From the NCBI GenBank assembly GCA_028023455.1, contig JAQFVV010000006.1, positions 8,556,001 through 8,620,000 on the forward strand: a stretch of DNA of 64,000 bases. Direction: 5' to 3'. Shown here piece after piece: positions 12,524 to 23,185 of the stretch; the stretch's first letter is position 1, and each line of letters begins with the position of its first letter. Origin of the DNA: Epiperipatus broadwayi. Taxonomy: Eukaryota; Animalia; Onychophora. A program made the translations under genes and the position numbers. The notes below the pieces were generated by a model that was not told the DNA's origin, did no database searches, and was given only the letters and a program-made list of their open reading frames with translations.

Positions 12524-12744
12524 TCATAAAATGTATAGTAAAATATATGCAAATATTTAAATAAGCTAGTGTTACGTAGCCCATTTCTTCGAGATCTCGA
12601 AGCGGCTTTTCTATTGATAGCATGGATGTTTCCATTAATGTAAAATGCTATCAATAGAAAAGACGCTTCGAGATCTCGAAAAAATGGGCTACGTAACACT
12701 AGCTTATTTAAATATTTGCATATATTTTACTATACATTTTACGA

Positions 12745-12787
12745 GGGCTATGAATATGAGGCATGGATCCTCGAAAACGTTAAGCCT
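12745..12787 (+). ncRNA. Hammerhead motif, A3:U8 variant (right palindrome arm)
   Basis: GGGCU-AUGAAUA-U-GAGG-CAUGGAU-CCUC-GAAA-ACG-UUA-AGCCU; palindromic stem III AACGUU; predicted cut after A12782. Confidence 0.72.
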
Positions 12788-14568
12788 ATAAACTTTAATA
12801 TTAATTTATATCTTCTTCCCCATTAAACAATTATAAATAAGTGTTTTTTTGTTTACATAATAGTGAGAAGTAAAACTATATTTATTGTAACATTAAAATA
12901 AAAATGGTTTGTAATTTTAAAAAATAAAAGTTTCCATGAAAACATCAAACACAGAATACACTTTTGTTTTTTATCATAAAACGCCTCCAAATTTAAGTGT
13001 GTGTTTCATTCACATGTGAACTTTGCACTGCAAACTAAAAAGTGACAAATTGTCTTAAATGCTAATTTGTCTAGAAAATGTATTCTATGTTAAAATTTAG
13101 TTATAAAGTGTCAATATTTCAAAAAGGCATAAAAGTAAAACTTTGAATAAAATATATTGTACATACACAACAATTACAAGAAAAGATATAATAAACATTA
13201 TTGTTTTTCTGTAAATGTTTGTTAGCCAAAATTTGAATAAATTTTTTTGATATCTTAATGGCACAATGCCACTCAGTTACAACCCCTGGTGTCAGTACCT
13301 GGCCCACACCACCTTTACTGCACTTAAATGTATAAGATATTGATATGATGGCAATTAAACTAAGAAATATTTTGATAATTATTATATATCAAAAGGTAGT
13401 ATAACAAAAAAACTTTTTTTAATCTGTTGCTGGCTTTTTGTAAAACTTCAAAATTTTGAATATATTATATTGCACATAAATATTTCCATAAAGTAAACAA
13501 GGAACATATACTTTATTTACAAATTTAAAAAATAAACTATTATATGTAAATAATTTCTTATCATTACGATAGCTACATTTGTGTGTTAGCAAACTTTATT
13601 ACCCTGCTTGTATAAACTAAACATTTAAATACTAACTTTAAATGATGTCGTTTCATATATTTAACACCTTTCCAAAACATAAATAAATATCATGAGAATT
13701 TTTTAAACATAAGTAAATAAAACCATGAAAGATTAAAAGTTTAAATACATTATAACATTTTTTTAAAATACTATATTTTAAATTACAGAGGGTAAGCAAG
13801 AAATTAAATGATACACTGTATACTTCACGTGGAAAAAAAAAACGGAGGAAAAAAACTTGAGGGAATTCCTCAATTAGTAATAATAAATTACCAAAAGTGA
13901 TTAACATATTAAATGAATATTTTTTATGCTAAATATTTAGTTTAATTTGGCCACCTCGACGAGGAATTTAATAATTTAAATGTCCAATAGAAATAAATAA
14001 CACTCTATCCTATATCGTGCTCAAAGAGTTTGAATGAGTTCTATATTTACTGGGTATTGTACAGCAAAAATATATACGCATAAAAATTAATTTTGGAATA
14101 ACTAATAATTTTCTTTATAAGGCAAATTGTTCTTAAAATTAATTAGTAATACTGATTTCTAAGAATTTAGTTCTTTGTTATTGTTTTTTTTATTGCAAAA
14201 CGAAATACTATATATAGGAAAAGTTATTAATAAAATTTACGTTTAATGCCTTAATTTTAAATGACAGCCATATTTAAAGGCAAATATTTTCTAGTAAGTC
14301 TAAAAACAGCAACACTTTTACAAAATATTTTATTGAAATATGTGTTTTGGGATAATAAAGAAGAAAAATTGTCAAGTTTTCATAAATTTTAGGCCTATGA
14401 CTCAGAAAGATGATAAATATTTTCAATGAAAGCCCATAGAGGGCATATGTTTGCTAACATTAGCATAGTGTATGATGTATATGAGTGCGAATATATTTAA
14501 TGAATAGTTATGCAAACCTGGTAATGCACCAATATAAGATGAGCAGTATAAGAATGATGTAAATTAAA

Positions 14569-14748
14569 GTCGCCATTGTAATCTTCCAGATCGTTTAATT
14601 CGTCTTAATGGTAAATTCACTTAAAATTCATGATGGCTGTGCCATCTTGGTTTGCCTGTCTTTAGACCATGTGACAATTAATCACCAATCGTCATTGAGT
14701 ACACTTACCGCCTTGTTGTTCCAGAGTCGCCATTACAGTCGCCATTTT
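14569..14748 (+). promoter_or_regulatory. Probable MED13 promoter/5' UTR with clustered YY1-like (GCCATNTT/CGCCAT) motifs
   Basis: GTCGCCATT at 14569, 14726 and 14738, GCCATCTT at 14641; CpG-retaining island 110-290 bp upstream of the ATG. Confidence 0.5.
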
Positions 14749-14844
14749 CCACAGATTTTCTGTAAAGATCAGAAAAATTCTAGCATTTATGGCTTTTAGG
14801 AATACTTAGAAGCTTTCTTTTTTTTTGAAGATACTCAGCAGGTC

Positions 14845-14859
14845 ATGGACTCACCATGA
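14845..14859 (+). promoter_or_regulatory. uORF (Met-Asp-Ser-Pro-stop) whose TGA overlaps the MED13 ATG
   Basis: ggtcATG GAC TCA CCA TGA c; main ATG at 14856-14858. Confidence 0.65.
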
Positions 14860-14924
14860 CGCACCCGAATTTTGCAACAAACGGTGCAAGTCTTGAAGAT
14901 TGTCATACTAATTTATTTGCACTG
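14856..14924 (+). CDS. MED13: Mediator of RNA polymerase II transcription subunit 13, coding exon 1 (MTHPNFATNGASLEDCHTNLFAL)
   Basis: NGASLEDCH.NLF.L is the conserved MED13 N-terminus; Kozak caccATG; donor CTG|gtgagt, phase 0. Confidence 0.96.
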
Positions 14925-15289
14925 GTGAGTACGAGTTCACGATCTTTGAATTTTTGCTTAACGTAATATTGGTTAGTCTACAATACGTTTTCCCGAATAT
15001 AGTTGAGCTTGAATTTATAGAATTATATTCTGTAACGTTATTTATTTATGATTCTTAATTAAGAAAATATGTCTAATGAGTGTATGATTGTGAAAACTGC
15101 CAAATACACGTTAAGCAGCACCTGCTGTGGGTTTTATCCTTTCTGAAGAATAATTTGTCTAACGGATGGAGCCCTCTGTACTCTCAGATTTGTTAGATAA
15201 CGTTAAGATTATAATGTTTTTAAGAAGTATGATGCGTTGTTGTGTTGTTTAATATGAACTGAATGCTTTTTTTTTTTTTTTTATTGTAG

Positions 15290-15551
15290 ACGGATTTATC
15301 TGGAATCAAATGGCGTAGATTATTAAGTGCTGACAATGTATTTTGTGTGGATCCATTAGACGACCCGGTACTGTTATCTTTTACAAAATGTATCTCGTCT
15401 GATATTTTATGTATTTGGCGGCGGGTTCATAGTCGGAACCCAGAACATCAGCATCGGACGGGTGACCAAATTATTTATAATAAAGAGTTATGGATATTTT
15501 GGTACGGAGATGAGCCGGATTTGACTAATATTCTGTGCTCGGAGCTCCAAG
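15290..15551 (+). CDS. MED13: MED13 coding exon 2 (TDLSGIKWRR...DDPVLLSFTKC...DILCIWRR...KELWIFWYGDEPDL...ELQ)
   Basis: Acceptor poly-T/tgtag|A; matches DL.GIKW, DP.L.SF..C, WRR, ELWIFW.G of MED13; donor G|gtaagt, phase 1. Confidence 0.96.
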
Positions 15552-15754
15552 GTAAGTGTAAAAGCTTTTTTAGAAAAAATGTTTTTGTCGTCATGCTTTA
15601 TTATAATTTTACATATTTACAAAGAAAATTATTCTGAATATCTTCAAACTACATTTTTTTAATAATTTATTTTTTGATAAAGTAATACTATCACAAATTT
15701 TGTTTCTCATATTAAGTGAAACGTTTAAAAATAGTTTTATTTTGCGCATATCTT

Positions 15755-15770
15755 GTGTGTGTGTGTGTGT
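15755..15770. repeat. (TG)n microsatellite
   Basis: tgtgtgtgtgtgtgtg run. Confidence 0.8.
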
Positions 15771-17691
15771 ATATCCGTATATCGTAATATAGTGAAATTT
15801 ATTTGCAACTTACTGTTTGACGAGCTTAGGTGGTGGGGAGGGGCTATTTTAGTATATATATTTTTTATTACTATTATTAGAGTATATTGACTTATCATTG
15901 AGTCGTGTAAAGTTGAAATTATTGCCGTTATTTTTATAAATTAATGTAAATAAAAGTATAGTAGTAATAAATCATGTGCTAAGCTAAGTAATAAACTGCG
16001 TAAGAAACAGCTGGATATAAGAAGTGAAAAATAAGCTTCGTCAGATATTGCCACCACATGCTAATGTGATGGATTGTCCAGAGTCTTGCTTACAATTACA
16101 CATCTGCACAATTCTGTCTTGTGAAAAAAAAAAAGAGGGGTGAGTATGTGTGAGAATCTTTCTAAACTGATTGTGTCGAGTTGTGTTGTAGCTTCTAGAA
16201 CAGTATTCTTTGAAAATGAGAAACTAGAGTCTAAAGCACCTGGGAAGGAAATTGTTTGCTTTGTTGGCCAACCAAAACACACCTGTCAAACAGGCATGCA
16301 TGCCTGGCTTGCGGCTAACAAGCAGGTAACTCCTGGTAGTCATTTCGTTTTACTGGAGTCTCGGCTTTATTAAAAGAAGTTTTCCATCTAATGAGATGGG
16401 TAATATCACTTTTCTGTATGAAACTCAAACGGGGTGCTAATTTTTTTTTTTTTTTTAAATACCATCGCTACGGTATTTAAGCAAGGTAGCGCTGCTGTTC
16501 TTGTAGACTTATTTAATTGTTGAGATGTAGACTTATTTTAATAGTATAGTCTTGGTTAGTGTTTTTGAGAAAAGGATGGGTGAATTTTATTTCCTCGAAG
16601 GTAAAAAGTAAACTTATGTGTGCCTTAATTTTGTGATTAGTTTTTTTTTTTTAATAGTGTTTTGAAAAAAGATTTTATAACATTTTAAATTTTGAGTGAA
16701 AAAAAAAAAAGATCCGTTCATATAAGCAGGCATTGTGCCTTAGGTATTTTTTTTTTAAGTATTGAATATTAATGATGTATGTTTTATTATTATCAAGTTA
16801 AAATTTATTATTTCTCAATCCGAATTTTTGCCCCCAATTTAAATACTTAATGTGGCGCGTGTGTGTATGAATATTGATGTTTGGAAGAACAAGTGGTTTT
16901 TCATAACAAAGACACAAAATTTTGTAGAGACCTTTAGTTTGTATTAAGACATTGTTAAATTATGTCTTGTTTACATCCATCACTATATGTCATGTCTTGT
17001 TTACATCCTATATGTCATGTATCCAAGCATTTTTTTTTTTTTAAATTAACTTATTTTACGTTAAGTTTTTAAAAGCCTATTTCAAAATTTTTGCTTTTAC
17101 GTAAATAATGAGTTTTTTTTTTTATAAAAAAAAAAATTCACTCGTTTTTTAATTAAATTTATCACGATTAGTATTTTTTCAAATATCGCACCATTTTTTT
17201 TAAATAGTTAATCACAATTAGATCAAATGATATTAAACGTCGTATTTATTAAATGGCTTATTTATATGAAAAAACTAGATTAAGATTTATTTACATTAAT
17301 TAGCGTGATGGAGGTGTACTAGTAATTAGATGTTATCAAATTTGGGTTTCTTTATAAAATAAAAAAAGGTTACCTTTAATTTTAATTTCCTAAGATGCTA
17401 AAAAGATTATAATGAATAACATGAAAAATGGTGGGTAAAGTATATAAGAATGAAAAAGCTATATTATAATTATAGTGAAAAAACATATTTAAATGTGGAG
17501 AAAATAATTGTAGTGATAAAAAGATTTAAAGTCAACAGAGAATCTACTAGATAACATCATATTTACAGGAAATCTGTTGATTTTCGTTTGATATTGTGTT
17601 TGTCAAGTTCTAAGGGAGAGCATAATATTCGAAGTGTTTATTATAAAATGATTATTATGAGGAACAAAATGGATGTCCTAATAGTAGTAGT

Positions 17692-17728
17692 CATCCCGTC
17701 CCCCATATGTCATAGCATCTGCCGGGAG
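17692..17728 (-). mobile_element. 5'-truncated copy of the short tRNA-like SINE
   Basis: tgtcatagcatctgccggga matches the 3' end of the 26.8 and 29.0 kb copies; 12-bp direct repeat AATAGTAGTAGT at 17680 and 17729. Confidence 0.65.
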
Positions 17729-20587
17729 AAATAGTAGTAGTAGTTTATGTGTGTGTGTAAAAAGAAAATTACATATTAGAATGGGGGAGGGGGTATAAGA
17801 AATTGATATATATTTATTTATTTTTGTATTATAGAGTCAGTGGTTAATACAAATTTCGAATTAGTTGTTTTTGTATATATGTGTGTGTAAATGTATATAT
17901 ATAGAAAGCTGTTTAATATAGTAAAAGCATTTTTTTTTTTTTAGAAATTGCACCCAATATATTTGCAAATAAGTGAAATATTTATTATTCAACTAATGTA
18001 AACTTAAAAGTCTGTTATAAGTGCTTTGATCATTGAGATAGTTTTTATATAAAATGTTTATTGCATACATGAATCTTACAGGATATGAAAGCATTGATTC
18101 CTTAACAATAAAGTTTTGTATGGAAATATTAAACATTCAAATTGGAACAATACTAAAATCAAAGATAATATATTTTTACATTGTGGAAAGCTAATAAACA
18201 GTTTACTGATTCTTACAGAATTTTACCTTTTTGTATGAAGTGAATTTATCCGACATGCATAGATAATGGTAACAAAAGTTTATTTATTTCATTGTTCTAC
18301 GAGATTCTTTTCTTTGGACTGTTCTCTTGTTCATTTTTTTTTTTTTTTTTGCTTTGTATATATAATTTATTTAGTATATGGATTGATTTTTTTAGACAAC
18401 TTATCTATTAACAAGGTAGCAGATGGTGATTTATTAGTGGTTTTATATATTCAATTCTGCTATTGTAATCGTCGATATATGGTTAACAAACATGGCAGTT
18501 GTCTGTCCATACTAGAAGGCATCGGTAATAATAAATTAAAGCTTGTCATAAGAGCTTACATGTATTCAAGGGGTACATATTTAAAGTCACTATTGATAAA
18601 TGACCATAGTCTTAACTTGGAATAACCAATTACAAATATTCAGCTTGCATTTATATTTACCTAGTTTCTCCTTGCAAAAATATTAGTCTTGAGGTATTAC
18701 GTAGAAAGCATCATCTCACGTATTCTGCATTCATTTAGTTTCCAGCTATGCATAGTTTATTCGCAATAAAAGTATTTTCATGACTGGAACAGAATTCAGT
18801 GATTGATTAATTTTTTCCCCCTGAAATGATGACATGTCGCATATTTAATAAAACAAATATTTGCAAATATATACACATATATTATAGTTAATATGATGAT
18901 ACGTTTATTTTTTAGTCATAGGGACTGTCATTCTGATTAAACTGTTCTATGTAATGCACTCTTAGAGTATTAACTTTATTTAGACTTGAATATTGCCAAA
19001 TCTTTGCAAGGTTCAAAATGTAGTTGTGATTAATAGTTATATGTTAATAATTATTTTGTAATGTATATTATTGTGCTTCTTGATTGTTAGAAAACTTATT
19101 TCCCTGATATTATAGTATGCCCAAATTATACCATCTAATCATCTTGCCTGCTACCCACTTTATTTTGACATCTCAGTTTTAGATATCGTAAACTTTATTG
19201 AACTCCTGTATTAATGATTACTTTATGTTCATTTATATTTTTAAAATTTCAGGGTTAGTATACTTGTTGCTCTCCACTACGTTATTTGAGTTGATTTGGC
19301 ACCGTAATTGTATTAACCTTTATCATCTTCCTAGTATAAAAATAGTAAGACATTTTAAAAAAAGGTAAACTATAGAAAACAAAACAAGATAGGAGAGGGA
19401 AAAAAACGGGTTGGAAAATGTAATCTTATAGATGAAAAAAATTAGTCTTAGTTTTGGAACTGTGAAAGATTAAGTTTGGGTGAAGTCCTCTGGCATTCCC
19501 CATACATCTCTAGAATCGAGGAATTAAAAGAAATTTATCTGGTTTTTGTTCTATGTGAAAATTAAAATCATTGTAACAGAGGAGAACTACGATGAACTTC
19601 ACCCGAAAGAGCATTCAGCTTTAGGTTATAACGAAGAAATAAACCATTACCCAGATGAACAAACATGTGCAAATTTGAATGAAATGATTATGTTTTGAAC
19701 CTTTCTAAAAAAAGTATACATAAAAATATCGAAAATGTTTATGCATTTTTTAATTTCCAATAAGCAACAATTAGATTGGATATATAGGAATAATTGAAGA
19801 TATTTTTAATAATGATTTCTAATTCTGTAAATATAATTTTGTTTATTAAGAAAGACAATTCTTATTAGTTGTAAATTTGATCATCTTGTTTATTAGTTTC
19901 GGAATTTCTTCACTAATAATGATAATATCTAATTAAATAAGCATCTGACATTTTAATTTTGATTATTATGTGCCTTATCCATATCTTGATAATCTCTTAT
20001 AAACGTTTTTTCATTATAGTAAACATTTAATAGTTTTTATTTATGACCAAGTGGATTTAATATATACACACACTCAATTTTCAAACTGCTAACTTAATTA
20101 CATTGCTGCTGTACATGAGATGCATTTCTAATCCTTAGTACCAACTAATCACTTATTAGCGATTACGTAAACTGACTGAACATACATTTTTGTATCAAAT
20201 GTCACTGACTAATTTATACTTTTTTTAAACAAAATTTATTTAATAAAATCTTGGGAAAATGTTATTGCAATTAGAATACAGAAATCTTGTTGGAGTTGGT
20301 GAAATTTTTAGCCAGATGTAAGCAGTTTACTCAGTAGTAGAATATCTTAATGATGAGTAAAAATTTACTGGTTAAGTTTCTGATAGAAAATTAAATGGGG
20401 AAGAAGTATTTCACTAAGAAACTGCTGTGTTACAGTATTTAAAAGAAATGCATCAGTAGTAATATAGTTTCTGATTGAATCTTCCAAGTTGAATGGATTG
20501 AAAAGTGTGGCTAACCAACTATTCTTTATGAAAACTATTTAAAATCATAATAATGGGCGTTAATATCATCCACAAATACTAATAACA

Positions 20588-20713
20588 AGTGAGGATTGCC
20601 AGTTCCTCTACAAGCTTTATGATAAATACTTAGCCAGGGACAGCACTTAAAATATCTCTGGCTCTGGCTAAGCATTTATCATAAAGCTTGTAGAGGAATT
20701 GGCAATCCTCACT
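20588..20713. repeat. Fold-back: 50-bp arms (48/50), 26-bp spacer
   Basis: 20588-20637 vs 20664-20713 reverse complementary. Confidence 0.9.
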
Positions 20714-22589
20714 GTTTATAACTTACAAGCTTAAGAGATAGGGTCATGTGATCTATGAATTGATCTATGACTCTTATTTTGACTAATAACAAGAGTCTTA
20801 GAATCGTCATCTTAATTTCTTTACTAAAGCAAAAAGGAAACTAGTATATTACATATTCTCAGAAGGATCGCAATCGTCAGAGATGGTAGGCCACTTGCCC
20901 TGTTTTCCCCAAAATAAGCACTAATTAGAAAGAGAAAGAAAATAGTGTACATAGGTTATTTCTCAGTCTCGCAAAAGCGTGCCACTTTTTCAATGTAAAG
21001 AAGCTCTAAGATTGTCTGACTACAAGGCTGCCATCCGAATGCAATCATGACACGTACATGAATCTCTGGTAATGGGAAAATATTTATTATACTGTCAAAT
21101 GCATTGTTTTTTTTTTCTTTTTAAAATGACAGTTAACCAGAAAGGTTTATATTTTGGAATTACTACCCCTTATTTTTATATACATCATGTGTTATAGCAG
21201 ATATGCTTACAGTAATGTGAAATAAAGAAATGATTTGAGAATTTTATTTCTTGCAATTTTTTGCTGCATATCTTGTAATTCTTCAATTACCATTTTGAAT
21301 AAATATAGATTCTTCTACATAAATAAATGTAAACTGTTGTGCATGAAGCCTAGGGTGTGTTTTGGAGCAAAAATTGTCTTATTTTCAGGGAAATGTGGTA
21401 TATAGGATTGACTTATTTTTAGTTTGAAAATAATGATTTTCATTACACATCTTGATACTTTTGCGCATCAAATACAAATCTATATGTTTCAAATTGCAAA
21501 TAAATTAATGATAGTCATCTAGAAATGTAAAATAGATATTTTAATTACTTGGCATATCCTTCGTTTCTAAATTATTCTGAAAAGTTGTGATTTCAAGGAT
21601 AGCTAATGGAATCAACTTATGTAAATCTAGGTCTAATATATTATCAACAATTAGAAGAACCTCAGAGATAAGCAGTTAACATTTTTGCAAAAGAGAGTAA
21701 AAAAAAAAAGATCTGGTTTTAAATAATATCAAAAGAGCATAGCAATAATCGCAAGTGAAATGGTAATACATTTCATGAATCTTATCATAACCTGGATTAT
21801 TAGTGGTTATGTTAAACAAATATTTATCTTTTTAGAAATCAAGTGTTAATTTTGCAACCTGGGTATATATTTGGATTCATTTTTTGGGAAAGATATTCAA
21901 GGGTTCGGGAACTTGGGGAGAGGAGGTGGCAATGAATCTTACATTAGAACAATGCCGGATTATCTTAGTAAATTTTGTCCTCCATTTAAAAAGTATTTGA
22001 CAAAGACAGTTAAATACCCATTAATAACACTTATACCTTTCGTACTCGGGTATTGTCTGGAGAGTCAGATGACAAAAATATGGGCAGATAAGATGTTCTA
22101 CTTTTTTGAGTGTGCATTTTTATGCAATAAGAGCAAAATATTGCAGAAGTTAATCCATGAGTGAGTGTAAAAATGGTTGCCAAATTGTAGAATATTATAG
22201 GAACCCATTAAATTTTTTCCAGTTATCTATCATCTTAAACTCTTTTGCTATTAAGAAAAAACAAAATACTCACTAGATCTGAATTTCCAAATTTGTAACG
22301 AAAGCTTCATCACAAATTGTTGCATGTGATAAAGATTTCCTTTTTAACACAATAGTGTCGCGTTAAATGACATCTTTTAAAATTAAGAAAATTATTTCAT
22401 AATTAGTATTATGAGAACTATCATATACTTTTACTTCATTTCACCAGTTAAAATTCTTTTTTGATATTTTTTTTTTTCTATTTATAACCATTATCAATAG
22501 ATATGGATTTTTTACTAAAAAATATTATTTTGATGGACTTTTCAATGCTTTTATTTTCAAAGAACTAAGTTTTATTTTGACTATTGATG

Positions 22590-22693
22590 ATGGTGTGGAA
22601 TCAGAGTGGTTGGTCATGTGAAAGTCTGCGTTCATATACCCTATATATTACATATATAGACACAGGTATATATTAAGCCTGTGTTTCAGTTAT
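22590..22693 (+). repeat. Diverged single copy of the repeat that forms the 52.9 kb fold-back
   Basis: gtgaaagtctgcgttcatataccctatat...cacaggtatata..aagcctgtgtttcagttat shared with 53068-53143. Confidence 0.75.
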
Positions 22694-22740
22694 AAGAAAT
22701 GCTGTGTAAATTGGTATTAAATGCTTCAATTTGAATAGAA

Positions 22741-23185
22741 CAAGGGTGTCCAACAAGTCGATCGTGATCCACTGGTCGATCGCAAAGCCATTTTTGGTCG
22801 ATTGCGAGGTCAATCTGGCAAGAGCTGTCGGGTAATGTTTTTTTTTTGTTATTTTTGTTTTTGTTCTAAATTTTTTTCCAATTCTAGATAGGTGAAGTCC
22901 GGTAAGTCGTATCATTACTGAAAATAATATTTTTAATCTTGATTTAATGTAGCTAATTTGAATTAATAAATATTGTTAATAATAACTCATGTTGCTTTAA
23001 TTCCCCCGGACATGAGTTTTTGGGCCTGTTAAATAATTGTTATTTTTTACTAGGTAGATATATAAAAATAGTATGTATTTCAAACCTCCCTCTCCATTTA
23101 GACTACGCCTATGACAACAAGTCGATCGCAAGACATTTTTAAAATAAAAAATAGATCTTATGAACACAAAACTTGGCCACTCCTG
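22741..23185. mobile_element. hAT (Charlie-type) MITE, 445 bp
   Basis: TIRs CAAGGGTGTCCAAC / CTTGGCCACTCCTG; perfect 8-bp TSD GAATAGAA (22733-22740, 23186-23193); repeated GTCGATCG subterminal motifs. Confidence 0.9.

Larger units (their letters stand above)
12428..12840. mobile_element. 413-bp fold-back made of two inverted Penelope 3' ends (196-bp arms, 21-bp spacer)
   Basis: Arms 12428-12623 and 12645-12840 differ at 6 of 196 positions. Each encodes AINRK...KWAT*, homologous to 6690-6760; the spacer extends the left copy (FYINGNIH). Confidence 0.9.

Noticed and set aside
12442-12699. 85-aa ORF across the palindrome
   Set aside because: Chance read-through of PLE 3' end and hammerhead sequence on a fold-back; not an independent gene
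15552-15637. C-terminal part of ORF 15347-15637
   Set aside because: Lies past the gtaagt donor at 15552; intronic read-through
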